A stretch of 64,000 nucleotides of DNA from an uncultured delta proteobacterium (GCA_963842085.1 CAWJET010000001.1:2816001-2880000), one strand, 5' to 3'. Counted from the first letter of the stretch, positions 1-9,201 are shown. Numbers and translations: made by a program. The notes: generated from the sequence alone by a model not told the origin.

Positions 1-186
1 AAGCCGGCGCTGGTGCTCGCGGGCGCCGACGACAAGGGCACCACGCCGACCGACGCGGAGTTTATCGCGGGCAAAATTCGCGGCGCGACCGCCAGGATTA
101 TCGCGGACGCCGGCCATCTCATCCCGCGCGAGCGTCCCGCCGAGTACAACGCCGCCATCGAACAGTTCATCACCGGACTGAAGTAG
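1..186 (+). CDS. Alpha/beta hydrolase, C-terminal fragment (runs off window start)
   Basis: Frame 1 reads KPALVLAGADDKGTTP...IIADAGHLIPRERPAEYNAAIEQF, stop TAG at 184-186; G-x-x-D and AGH catalytic motifs. Confidence 0.8.
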   Translation, partial: KPALVLAGADDKGTTPTDAEFIAGKIRGATARIIADAGHLIPRERPAEYNAAIEQFITGLK

Positions 187-195
187 GAATTCGAG

Positions 196-1359
196 ATGAG
201 TTTAAGCCGCAAGACCGCAGTCGCCGGAGTATTCGAGCATCCCACCCGCTTCGCGCCGGACAAAAGCCTGTTTCAGATAATGGCGGAGAGCGTGCGTGGC
301 GCGCTGGACGACGCCGGCTTGACGATCAAGGACGTGAACGGGTTGTGCACGACCGGAATCGGCTTGAGTGGGATGGGAATCGTCGGCTTCTGCGACTACC
401 TGAACCTGACGCCGAACTTCGTTGACTCGACTTCTATAGGCGGGTCGTCGTTCGTCGCGCACACCGCTCACGCCGCCGCCGCGATCCACGCCGGGATGTG
501 CGATGTATGCCTCGTGGTCTATGGCTCGACGGCGGCCTCGTCGCGGTTCGCGATTGGCACGGGCGGCGGGGGCGGCGGCGGAGGCGATCCGTGCGACCAG
601 TACGAGATTCCGTTCGGCCCGACTACGGTTGGGTCGTACGCGATGGTCGCGCAGCGGCATATGCATGACTACGGCACGACCTCCGAGCAGCTCGCCGAGA
701 TAGCAGTCACGATGCGGCTGCATGCGTCGATGAATCCGGCCGCGAAGTATCGCGACCCGATCACGGTGGAAGATGTGCTCGCGTCGCGAATCATCTCGTC
801 GCCGCTGCATCTGCTCGATTGCTGCATCATCAGCGACGGCGGTGGCGCGCTGGTGATCACCTCGGCGGAGCGGGCACGCGACCTGAAGAAGAAGCCGGTC
901 TACATCCTCGGCACAGGCGAGACGGTGCGGCACGCGGCGCGTGGGCAGCGCGACTTTCTGGAGATCGCGGCGGCGCAATCGGGGCGGCTGGCGTTCGAGC
1001 GCGCGGGCGTAGCGCACAAAGACATCGACATGGCGATGATCTACGACTCGTTTACGATCACCGTGCTGTCCACGCTGGAGAATCTCGGCTTCTGCAAGCG
1101 CGGCGAGGGCGGGACGTTCGTGTCGGGCGGGCGGCTGCGCTTCGACGGCGAGTTTCCGATCAACACCGACGGCGGCGGTCTGTCGTCGAACCATCCAGGG
1201 ATGCGCGGAATCTTCCTGGTGATCGAGGCGACCAGGCAACTGCGCGGCGAATGCGGGCCGCGGCAGGTCAAGGACTGCAAAATCGCGCTCGCGCACGGCA
1301 CCGGCGGCACGCTCGGCACCCGGCATTCGGGCGCGACGCTTATCCTCAGCAATCAGTAA
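196..1359 (+). CDS. SCP-x/Ltp2-type thiolase-superfamily protein
   Basis: CCIISDGGGA, IYDSFT and NTDGGGLSSNHPG motifs; canonical N-terminal catalytic Cys replaced (SIGGSS); followed by DUF35 gene. Confidence 0.9.
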   Translation: MSLSRKTAVAGVFEHPTRFAPDKSLFQIMAESVRGALDDAGLTIKDVNGLCTTGIGLSGMGIVGFCDYLNLTPNFVDSTSIGGSSFVAHTAHAAAAIHAGMCDVCLVVYGSTAASSRFAIGTGGGGGGGGDPCDQYEIPFGPTTVGSYAMVAQRHMHDYGTTSEQLAEIAVTMRLHASMNPAAKYRDPITVEDVLASRIISSPLHLLDCCIISDGGGALVITSAERARDLKKKPVYILGTGETVRHAARGQRDFLEIAAAQSGRLAFERAGVAHKDIDMAMIYDSFTITVLSTLENLGFCKRGEGGTFVSGGRLRFDGEFPINTDGGGLSSNHPGMRGIFLVIEATRQLRGECGPRQVKDCKIALAHGTGGTLGTRHSGATLILSNQ

Positions 1360-1380
1360 CTCGAGGGCGGACGAAAAATC

Positions 1381-1809
1381 ATGGCGGAACAGACCCCAGC
1401 GAAGAAATACTCGAAGCCACTACCGCATCTCGACGAAGAAAACCGCCCCTGGTGGGAGGCTCTTCAGCGGCACGAACTGTACATCCAGAAATGCCGCAAG
1501 TGCGGCGACGTTCGCTACTATCCGCGCGCGTTATGCACCAACTGCCTGTCGTCGGATACGCAATGGATCAAGTGCAGCGGGCGCGGCAAGCTCTATACCT
1601 TCACCACGACCTATCAGAACCAGGCGCCGGGCTTTCGCGAATCGCTGCCTTACATCATGGCCTATGTCGAATTGGACGAGGGCGTGAAAATGCTCACGAA
1701 CATTGTCGACTGCGCGCCGGATCAGGTTAAAATAGGCATGCCTGTCGAGGTCGTATACGAGGATGTCACGCCCGCGGTGACGCTCGCGAAATTTCGCCCG
1801 GCGAGGTGA
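1381..1809 (+). CDS. DUF35 Zn-ribbon/OB-fold protein (thiolase partner)
   Basis: CRKC...YPRALCTNC Zn ribbon; PYIMAYVELDEG and IGMPVEVVY OB-fold motifs. Confidence 0.92.
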   Translation: MAEQTPAKKYSKPLPHLDEENRPWWEALQRHELYIQKCRKCGDVRYYPRALCTNCLSSDTQWIKCSGRGKLYTFTTTYQNQAPGFRESLPYIMAYVELDEGVKMLTNIVDCAPDQVKIGMPVEVVYEDVTPAVTLAKFRPAR

Positions 1810-1822
1810 GGGCTCAATCCTG

Positions 1823-2506
1823 GTGAGTACAATCCTTGATCTGCACTCGCATAGCGAAGCATCGGAAGACAGCCGCGCACCGGTAGAGGCGTACCTCAAC
1901 TGGATCAAGCTGCGTGCGACCGAGCGGCCGGTCGACGGAATCGTCTTGACCGAGCATCGCCAGTTCAATCGCGACGCCGACTACCGCGCGCTCGAGGACA
2001 AGTTCGGCACACTCGTGCTGCGCGCGTCGGAAGTCGAGACCAACTACGGACACATGCTGGTGTTCGGCGTGAACGACGACATGGTCAAGCGATTCGATTT
2101 TGCCGACGTGCGGCTCGACGCGCAGACACTGATCAACGAAGTGGCGCGGATGGGCGGAATCGTCGTCCCGTGTCATCCGGGGCGCCCCAATATCGGGCTC
2201 TACGAGCATTACCAGAGCAAAGGGCCCCTGGAGAATGTAGTCGCGGTCGAGGCGCTGAACGGCGGATCGCGCAAAGGCGAGGACGAGCGCAGCGCGGAAC
2301 TGATCGCGAAGTACGGGTTTGCCGCGACCGGCGGCTCCGACAGCCACCTGGTCAGCCTGATCGGACTGTGCGCGACGAAGTTCAGCGCCGACATCAAGAC
2401 GATCGACGACCTGGTGCGGGAATTGAAAACCCGCAACTACGAACCGGTCGATTTCCGGCCGCGGCGCAAAGCCGTGCCGCACGCGGTCGCGATGGAAACC
2501 AGGTAA
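1823..2506 (+). CDS. PHP-domain metal-dependent phosphoesterase/hydrolase
   Basis: DLHSHS, LTEH, GHML, CHP and GGSDSH PHP motifs. Confidence 0.88.
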   Translation: MSTILDLHSHSEASEDSRAPVEAYLNWIKLRATERPVDGIVLTEHRQFNRDADYRALEDKFGTLVLRASEVETNYGHMLVFGVNDDMVKRFDFADVRLDAQTLINEVARMGGIVVPCHPGRPNIGLYEHYQSKGPLENVVAVEALNGGSRKGEDERSAELIAKYGFAATGGSDSHLVSLIGLCATKFSADIKTIDDLVRELKTRNYEPVDFRPRRKAVPHAVAMETR

Positions 2507-2522
2507 TAGCGAGACGATAACG

Positions 2523-2969
2523 ATGGCAGTCGATTACGATCCAGCCCTGATCAACAAGGTCTTCGAAGTGACCGAGCCCGTCGAGGTCAAGGCCGACAAG
2601 ATCAAACGGTACTGCGCGGCGCTTGGCGAGACCAATCCGATCTACACGGACGAGGAAGCGGCGAAGAAGGGGCCGTACGGGGGAATCGTCGCACCGCCGT
2701 CGTTCGCGGTCACGTTTCGCAACGGGCGGCATTTCTTCGAGAACGTGCCGCGCTTCGGACGCCGCGGTTTCGACGCCGGCAAGGACGTCGAGTTCGTGTC
2801 GCCGATAAGGCCGGGCGACAAGGTGACGCTGAGCTCGCACGTGAAGGAAATTTACGAGAAGACCGGACGGACCGGCACGATGGTGTTCGTCGTAATCCGC
2901 TCGACGCTGAAGAACCAGAAGGACGAAGTGCTGGCCCATATCGACCATCGCTTCATGAACCGCACTTGA
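2523..2969 (+). CDS. MaoC-like hot-dog dehydratase, N-terminal-type subunit
   Basis: YCAALGETNPIYTDEEAA...APPSF; EFVSPIRPGD. Confidence 0.88.
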   Translation: MAVDYDPALINKVFEVTEPVEVKADKIKRYCAALGETNPIYTDEEAAKKGPYGGIVAPPSFAVTFRNGRHFFENVPRFGRRGFDAGKDVEFVSPIRPGDKVTLSSHVKEIYEKTGRTGTMVFVVIRSTLKNQKDEVLAHIDHRFMNRT

Positions 2970-3385
2970 ACAGTTTCGAAGAGATCAAGATCGGCGACAC
3001 GCTCGGCCCGCTCGAGCTGTTCGTGAGCAAGGATCAGTGCCGCGCGTACGCGAAAACGATGGGCATGGGCGAGGGCGCGGGCCGCTTCACCGACGACGAA
3101 GCGGCGAAGAAAGAAGGGCTGCCCGGGATGATCATTCCGGGCAACATGAGCCTGGGCCTGCTCTCGAAGCTGGTGACGGATTGGATCGGGTCGAACAACG
3201 CGTGGCTGACGCAGATGAGCACGACCTACCGGGTGCCGGTGCAGCCCGATCACACGATCACGATTCACGGCTTTATCACCAACAAGAATCCCGCAGCTCG
3301 CACCGCCGAGATCGACGTGTGGATAGAGAACGAGGAAGCGGAGCGCCTCGTCACCGGGACCGCAACCGTCGAGTTCAGAAAGTAG
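2966..3385 (+). CDS. MaoC-family dehydratase subunit
   Basis: FTDDEAAKKEGLPGMIIPG hot-dog motif; 4-nt overlap with upstream MaoC gene. Confidence 0.85.
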   Translation: MNSFEEIKIGDTLGPLELFVSKDQCRAYAKTMGMGEGAGRFTDDEAAKKEGLPGMIIPGNMSLGLLSKLVTDWIGSNNAWLTQMSTTYRVPVQPDHTITIHGFITNKNPAARTAEIDVWIENEEAERLVTGTATVEFRK

Positions 3386-3401
3386 CCGGCAGGATCGCGC
3401 G

Positions 3402-3695
3402 CTACCGCATCCCCCCTATCAGCAATGGGCCGTGGCCCGGAGTCTGGAGCGGCAGCGCCGGGTTTCTCGGATACGGCGTAGTGTCTTCCTGCATCTCGGG
3501 ATTCGTCGGGGCATTCGATTCCAATCCGTAGGGAGCTGCTCCCAGCGGCTTGGTCTGCGCCATCTGCATACACCACGGGTGCGGATTGCCGGCAGCGCAC
3601 GCCTGAACCTGCTGCACGGTCTGATTGCCGGGCGTGCATCCGGTTGCGATCAGCAGGATCGACAGCGCGATTGTGGTCAATGCCAGCTTCTGCAT
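3402..3695 (-). CDS. Small putative lipoprotein
   Basis: MQK + hydrophobic core + lipobox IATGC; AGGTGA RBS-like sequence upstream. Confidence 0.65.
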   Translation of the reverse strand: MQKLALTTIALSILLIATGCTPGNQTVQQVQACAAGNPHPWCMQMAQTKPLGAAPYGLESNAPTNPEMQEDTTPYPRNPALPLQTPGHGPLLIGGMR

Positions 3696-3827
3696 CGGTT
3701 CACCTTTCTCGACTGGGAACGTCTGTCGGGACCGGCGCGGAGGACTCGGACACGATCACAACTATTAGTGTGCCTGCGAGGACGCAAGCAGGAATTTGCG
3801 GCGAGGGGGGAATTGATTTTAGGGAAT

Positions 3828-4170
3828 TTAACTTTCCGCAGACGAAGCGATCCGCTCTAGAGCCAGAATCAACGGCGGCAAGTCGTGGCTGACGATCTGC
3901 CATAGGATTTCGAAGTCCACCGAGTCGTAGCCGTGAATCAGCCGGTTGCGCAGTCCTACAATCTGGGCCCACGGTATGTCGCTGAGTGCGCTCGTCCAGC
4001 GGCGTCCTGCTCGCAGCTTCTCCTACGATTTCCAACAATCGGACAAGGGCGAGGTTCAGCATGCGATTGGTGCGGAGATCGTCGCGCGTCTTCCCCTTCG
4101 CCATCGCAACCGCTTCGCGCGCGTGATCGAGCATGTGCCGAAGTCGCACCACGCTTTCATCGTGCGACAT
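3828..4170 (-). pseudogene. hepT: HepT/DUF86 (HEPN) RNase toxin, frameshifted
   Basis: N-half RLRHMLDHAREA...RLLEIVGEAASR; after about 3981 the family continuation DIPWAQIVGLRNRLIHGYDSVDFEILWQIVSHDLPPL lies in another frame and ends TAA at 3828-3830. Confidence 0.85.
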
Positions 4171-4459
4171 ATTGGACCTCGGCGTCGGCGAGAACTCGGT
4201 CGCGGAAGTGTCTGCTCAAAAATTCGGGAGTGTTAAGGTCGACGGTCCGACCCAAAATACCCGACAATTCGTCCTGCATCGCGAAGAAGTCCAAGCCGGG
4301 AACGTGTCCGGACTCGAATTCCACGATCACGTCCACGTCGCTATCTGGGAGAAAATCGTCGCGCAGAACCGAGCCAAAGAGCGCGAGCCTGCGGATGTGG
4401 TGGCGTCGGCAGAAACTGCGAACCCGTTCCGCAGGTACGTCAATTTTCGCGCGTCCCAT
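4157..4459 (-). CDS. mntA: MntA-type minimal nucleotidyltransferase antitoxin
   Basis: LFGSVLRDDFLPDSDVDVIVEF (GS-x10-DxD); overlaps HepT start; ATG at 4459 preferred over 4513. Confidence 0.9.
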   Translation of the reverse strand: MGRAKIDVPAERVRSFCRRHHIRRLALFGSVLRDDFLPDSDVDVIVEFESGHVPGLDFFAMQDELSGILGRTVDLNTPEFLSRHFRDRVLADAEVQYVAR

Positions 4460-4556
4460 CTCCAATATCCCGCGCTGAAGGCAGATTAACTCGCTTAAAT
4501 CTCCCAAACACATGCTATCGATTTCGACTACTGATCGCTATCGAAGAAGTGAAACT

Positions 4557-5702
4557 TCAGACGGCGCGGAGTTCGGTTGAGATGTCGCCGCGGGTGGCGA
4601 GAGCTGCCGGGATGAAGCCGCTGGCCGCTCCGATCGCGGCGGCTATCAGAAAGCTGTAGGCGATGATTCGCGGTTCCAGCGTCATGGCGAGCGCCAGCGG
4701 GCCGAGCGCTCCGGCGACGTGCGGCAACAGGTCGAAGCCGCAGTACGCCAGGGCGCATCCGAGCACGCCGCCGGTCACGCCTACTATCAGTCCCTCGACC
4801 AGGACTCGCGCAACGATCGAGTTGCGCGTGAATCCAATCGCGCGCATCACTGCCATTTCGTGCCGCCGCTCCCGCACCCCCATCGCGGCCGTGTTGGCGG
4901 CGACCAGCGCGATCGTGAACATGACGATCGCCGCGAGAAATTTTGCGCCGTTAAGCATGAGGCTCAGGTTGCTGCCGATTTCGTTCTTGATCAGCGCGAC
5001 TTCAGTTTCGGTGGCCGTCTCGTTCGCCGAATTGGCGAACATTTCGTCGATTGCCGCGATCACCTCGGGCGCCGATTGAGAGCGGTCTATTTTCACCCAG
5101 AACAGGTTGGCGGTGCCGGGTCTGCCCAGCAGTTCTTCCATGTAGTCGCGCCGGAAAATAATGCGGGGGCCGGCGGCTTCCTCGTTCAGCACGCCGACGA
5201 TTGTCAGCTGCAGATCGACCGGATACATCGTGCCGCGCAGCATGATCGTCTGGCCGACTTTCCAGTCATAGACCTTCATCAGGTTGGTGGCGACGAGAGC
5301 CGCCGTGCGCAGGCTTTCGAATTCGTGTTCGGTTTCCGCGTTAACATCCCAATCGGGAAAGATGTCGCGGATGTGGTCGTCGTCCACCGCGAGAACGCCG
5401 AGCTGCTGGTTGGGGTCCTGGTAGGTTGCCATGAAGACGCTGTAGGCCGCGACCGCCTGGACGTGCGGCAGGGTTTCGATGCGCCGGCGGTAAGACTCGG
5501 GCAGCATGTAGAGGAGGCTGGCTTTGCTGTGGCAGATGAGGCGCAGCGAGTTGGCACGGTCGCGCAAGACCTGGTTGAGCAGCCCGGGCAAGCTGATCAA
5601 CGACGCGAAGATGAACACCGAGACGGTGATCGACAGGGTGGTGAGAATGGTGCGGCGCTTGTTGCGAGTGAGGTTTCGGAGCACGAGGGACAGGTAGTTC
5701 AT
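4557..5702 (-). CDS. MacB/FtsX-like ABC transporter permease
   Basis: RNLTRNKRRTILT N-terminus; VRERRHEMAVMRAIGF; four-TM topology. Confidence 0.88.
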   Translation of the reverse strand: MNYLSLVLRNLTRNKRRTILTTLSITVSVFIFASLISLPGLLNQVLRDRANSLRLICHSKASLLYMLPESYRRRIETLPHVQAVAAYSVFMATYQDPNQQLGVLAVDDDHIRDIFPDWDVNAETEHEFESLRTAALVATNLMKVYDWKVGQTIMLRGTMYPVDLQLTIVGVLNEEAAGPRIIFRRDYMEELLGRPGTANLFWVKIDRSQSAPEVIAAIDEMFANSANETATETEVALIKNEIGSNLSLMLNGAKFLAAIVMFTIALVAANTAAMGVRERRHEMAVMRAIGFTRNSIVARVLVEGLIVGVTGGVLGCALAYCGFDLLPHVAGALGPLALAMTLEPRIIAYSFLIAAAIGAASGFIPAALATRGDISTELRAV

Positions 5703-5720
5703 GGCGCGAACTTAATTGTA

Positions 5721-5762
5721 GTGAAAGCCGCCGTAGGTTTGCAGGGGTGACCCTGCACCCAA
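5721..5762 (+). repeat. Structured intergenic repeat family A, copy 1 (shortened)
   Basis: GTGAAAGCCGCCGTAGGTTT-GCAGGGGTGACCCTGCACCCAA; matches copies at 31107 and 34199. Confidence 0.7.
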
Positions 5763-5806
5763 CGCTAAGAAAATTGGCACCTCTGCGGGATCAGGACGGG
5801 GAGAGG

Positions 5807-6358
5807 CTACACCAGGAGGGAGCCGCGGAAGGGTTCGTCCCTTGGCGGGGGGAATTGGAGCAGGTTGATGGCCCATTTGCGGGCCTGGCGCAGCGCGTCC
5901 TCGGCGCGACGGAAGATTCGCTCGCGATACATCACCGACCACACGTAGGCGTCGACGGAGGGCTCGTCGCCGAGCGTTATGTCGAGCATCCAGTCCTGGA
6001 GTTGCGGTCCGCAGATTAGCAGGCGCACTACGCGGCCGTGATCGATCACGATTCCGCGCGCCTCGCGCGGGATGCGAAACTCGTCCTTGACGCGCTTGAT
6101 GACATTGGCCGGGGCGTGCTGCTCGGTCATCGCGACGTAGGCCCAATCGCCCTGCGGAGGATTGGCCGCGCGCGCGATGCGGAGGTTGTTGTCGGTCAAG
6201 TCTTCCTTGGCGCGATCCTGGTCGTAATCGCGCGCGACCTGGTAAAAGGCCATCGCGACCGGCAACTGCGGCATCTCGGTTTCCGACTTGGCCCGCTTGG
6301 GTTTCTTGAAGGTGGTTTCGACCCACCAGCGGTTTTCGACGTTGGGCTTCTGCGGCAT
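5807..6358 (-). CDS. Hypothetical protein
   Basis: 183-aa ORF with protein-like composition; start overlaps upstream stop (TGATG). Confidence 0.7.
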   Translation of the reverse strand: MPQKPNVENRWWVETTFKKPKRAKSETEMPQLPVAMAFYQVARDYDQDRAKEDLTDNNLRIARAANPPQGDWAYVAMTEQHAPANVIKRVKDEFRIPREARGIVIDHGRVVRLLICGPQLQDWMLDITLGDEPSVDAYVWSVMYRERIFRRAEDALRQARKWAINLLQFPPPRDEPFRGSLLV

Positions 6359-6951
6359 CAGGCGACCCGGCGAGCTTTGCGGCTGGCGCCACGGGCGGAG
6401 CGCCGCGATTTTCGCGCGATCGAAATACGCGGGCGGCGCCTGCGGATACGATTTGCGGCGCGGCGCGTGCTCGAGATTCCCGTGCGGGCCCGCGAGCGCG
6501 CGACACGCCGGCGGACGCGACCCCTAAGCCCGGTTACCATCCGGCGCGAGAACAAGTCCGCCTTGCGCTCGGGGTCGCTCCAGAGCAGGAAGTGGCCCAT
6601 CTCGTGGTAGATCATCTGAATCCACTTGCGCTCGGTGAAATAAATGCGTCCGCGTTTCCAGTTTTCGGGATGCACGAGATGGATGCGGCCGTCTTCGTAA
6701 GTGCGACCGGCGGTCTTGCCCCAATCGATGTACTCGAACCATTGTATGCGCGGGCGGCGCAGTTTGAAGTACCGGCACATCGTGGAGATGGCGCGGTTGA
6801 AATGTGCGGCGCGATGGCCGCGAAAAAATTCGGCAAGGTTGCGATCAATTTCGCGGCGATGAGCGACAGGAGGAACAATCATTCGCACGAGCAGGCGACC
6901 TCCGGGAGACAGGTGACCAGGATCATACGGAGGCGCGTCGATCAGAGTCAA
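6358..6951 (-). CDS. Small HExxH zinc-metallopeptidase-like protein with Arg-rich tail
   Basis: IYHEMGHFLLWSDPERKAD (HExxH plus downstream ExxAD); basic C-terminal tail; start uncertain. Confidence 0.65.
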   Translation of the reverse strand: MTLIDAPPYDPGHLSPGGRLLVRMIVPPVAHRREIDRNLAEFFRGHRAAHFNRAISTMCRYFKLRRPRIQWFEYIDWGKTAGRTYEDGRIHLVHPENWKRGRIYFTERKWIQMIYHEMGHFLLWSDPERKADLFSRRMVTGLRGRVRRRVARSRARTGISSTRRAANRIRRRRPRISIARKSRRSARGASRKARRVA

Positions 6952-7051
6952 ACCAAGCCGGTGAAATGCCGGTTTATACCGACGTTTGATTGCTCCGAAA
7001 GTTCAAAATCGCCTGTCAGGAACCGGTTTGATGCGTTTCGGCAATTTGACG

Positions 7052-8287
7052 CTAACCGAGTGTCCCCGAGACTTTGAGACGCGCGATCTCGTCCCAGGTC
7101 AGGCCCATTTCGAGCGCAACTTCCTCGGTATGCTGGCCGAGTTCGGGCGCGGCGCGATGCGGTTGCAAAGGGGTGTCGCCAAACTCGACAGGGCTGTTCA
7201 CGACGCGGCATCCAGGAATGTTCGGATGGTCAACAGGCGCGAAAGCGCCGATGGCGGCGGCCTGGGGATCGTCGAGCACTTCGGCGTCGGTGCGGACGGG
7301 CGCCCAGACGAGATTGTAGCGGTCGAAAATCGGCGCCCACTCGTCGGAGGTTCGCGCGGCAACGGCGCGATCGATCTCGCCGGTGAGCGCGGCGCAGTTT
7401 TGCACGCGAGCGGTCGAGTCCTTGAAGCGCGGATCGTCGAGCCACTCCGGTTTGCCGAGCGCGCGGCAGAAATCCGGCCAGTGCCGATCGCTCTGGATCA
7501 TCACGAAGTAAATCCATCGCGCGTCGGCGCATCGATAGGAACTCCACAGCGGATTCACTCGCTGCGTGCGCGACTCGGATTGGGGCGAGCGGCCGGTCAT
7601 GAGGCCGACGGTGAGATCGGACGCGTTCATCCAGAGGCCCATCGAGAACAGCGAGATGTTGACCTCGCGGCCGCGGCCGGTGCGCTCGCGCGCGAGCAGC
7701 GCGGCAGAGATTGCGCCCGCAAGGCCGAGGCCGACGGCGTGATCGATCATCGCGGGACGCTGCGCGGGCGGCGACTGTCCGGGCTCGGCGATCGTCGCCA
7801 TCAGGCCGGAACGCGCCCACGCGGCGGCGTAGTCGTAGGCGGAGCGATTGCGGTCGGGGCCGCGATGCCCATAGCCGTTGATCGACGCATAGACGAGGCG
7901 AGGATTCTTCGCGGATAGAGTTGCGTAGTCGAGTTTCATCCGCTCGATGGCGTCGAGGCGCAGGCTGGTGACGAAGACGTCGGCGTGTTCGATGAGCTTG
8001 AGCGCGAAGCTGTGGCCGTCTGCCGTGCGCAAGTCGACGGCGACGGAGCGTTTGTTGCGATTGTCGAGCTCGAACGGCGGACGGATGCGGGCGTTGGGGT
8101 CGCCCATCGTGCGCGTGACAAAGCCGCGAATCGGATCGCCGGCAGTAGGGTCTTCGAGCTTGATGACATCGGCGCCCCAGTCGCCGAGCACGGCGGTGGT
8201 GGACGGGCCGGCGACCCACATCGCAACTTCGACGACCCTGACGCCCTGCAGCGGACGCTCCATCGCATCGGTCTCCTTCGCCTGCAT
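7052..8287 (-). CDS. CaiB/BaiF family III CoA-transferase
   Basis: PLQGVRVVE...AGP, GADVIKLE, NRNKRSVAVDL, APELGQHT. Confidence 0.95.
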   Translation of the reverse strand: MQAKETDAMERPLQGVRVVEVAMWVAGPSTTAVLGDWGADVIKLEDPTAGDPIRGFVTRTMGDPNARIRPPFELDNRNKRSVAVDLRTADGHSFALKLIEHADVFVTSLRLDAIERMKLDYATLSAKNPRLVYASINGYGHRGPDRNRSAYDYAAAWARSGLMATIAEPGQSPPAQRPAMIDHAVGLGLAGAISAALLARERTGRGREVNISLFSMGLWMNASDLTVGLMTGRSPQSESRTQRVNPLWSSYRCADARWIYFVMIQSDRHWPDFCRALGKPEWLDDPRFKDSTARVQNCAALTGEIDRAVAARTSDEWAPIFDRYNLVWAPVRTDAEVLDDPQAAAIGAFAPVDHPNIPGCRVVNSPVEFGDTPLQPHRAAPELGQHTEEVALEMGLTWDEIARLKVSGTLG

Positions 8288-8378
8288 GAGACCAAATTGG
8301 TATCAGGAGTGGGCGAAGGAATGAAACAGTGCGCGGACGTGTCCGCGCGCGGATCGAGCAGGCGATTGGATGAGAGCG

Positions 8379-8825
8379 CTAGCGGGCGCGGGTGGCGCGG
8401 TGCATCTTGCGCGGATCACGCCGGCGCACGCGATTGACGGTCAGGCGTTGCATCCGGCTCGCCTCCTTCAGGCGCAGGCGCATCGGATCGCCGCCGCGTC
8501 CTGCGACCAGCTCCGAAAGGCGCCAGCGCAAGCCCTGGGCGTCGATGCCGAGCGCGTCGCATACGTTGTCAAACGACAGCGGACAAGTGACGCCTTTGGT
8601 GAAAAACCAGTTCCAGGCTTCGTGGAACGAGTTGCGTTTGCGCAGGCTGTTCGAGCCGCCGAATTCCTGCACGATGTTGATCGCGTCGGCCAGCACCGCG
8701 AGCATCAGGCGCTGCTCGCTGGAAAGCGATCGCGTGCCGACCATCTCGAAGAACTGGCTGCGAAGTATAACGTCGGGAAAGGGGCGTGGATCGGCGGCGG
8801 CGATAGTGGGGACGACGGTACTCAT
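8379..8825 (-). CDS. Hypothetical helical protein
   Basis: 148-aa ORF with EQRLMLAVLADAI...WFF...SFDNVCDALGID; GGAGG RBS upstream. Confidence 0.7.
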   Translation of the reverse strand: MSTVVPTIAAADPRPFPDVILRSQFFEMVGTRSLSSEQRLMLAVLADAINIVQEFGGSNSLRKRNSFHEAWNWFFTKGVTCPLSFDNVCDALGIDAQGLRWRLSELVAGRGGDPMRLRLKEASRMQRLTVNRVRRRDPRKMHRATRAR

Positions 8826-8933
8826 TGTTCAGCTTCCTCCCTCCCCCGAGCGAAGAGCTTGAACCTGAAAAATTTGAGGCACGAGATGGATCAACAGCAA
8901 CATCTCTTATGCGACGCCCCTTTCCGTCTAATA

Positions 8934-8984
8934 AACGGTGACGGAGAGCAAGAAACTTAGTGAGAACGGTGACTCATTGCAAGA
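8934..8984. promoter_or_regulatory. Tandem direct repeat, candidate operator in divergent promoter region
   Basis: AACGGTGAC-N5-GCAAGA at 8934-8953 and 8965-8984, 31-bp period. Confidence 0.4.
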
Positions 8985-9201
8985 GAAAAGTCAGAGCGTA
9001 AATTCGCCGTTGCGAGCTTTGGATAAGCAAAATTTGTCCGGCGATAATGCCAAAATTAGCGTAAGAGCGACGCTGAGCATCGCCACAAGGTCGCCGGACG
9101 ATCGTGCGCAACCGCGCGAAGTGGCCTTGTTATCGATACCAGCGAGCGGTCTGCTATAGTTGCATTTACGACAACCAGCAGCAGCGACAGGAGCATCGAC
9201 G

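Noticed and set aside
562-585. GGC-rich tract encoding Gly8 in the thiolase
   Set aside because: In-frame, mixed-codon flexible loop; no sign of a phase-variable repeat
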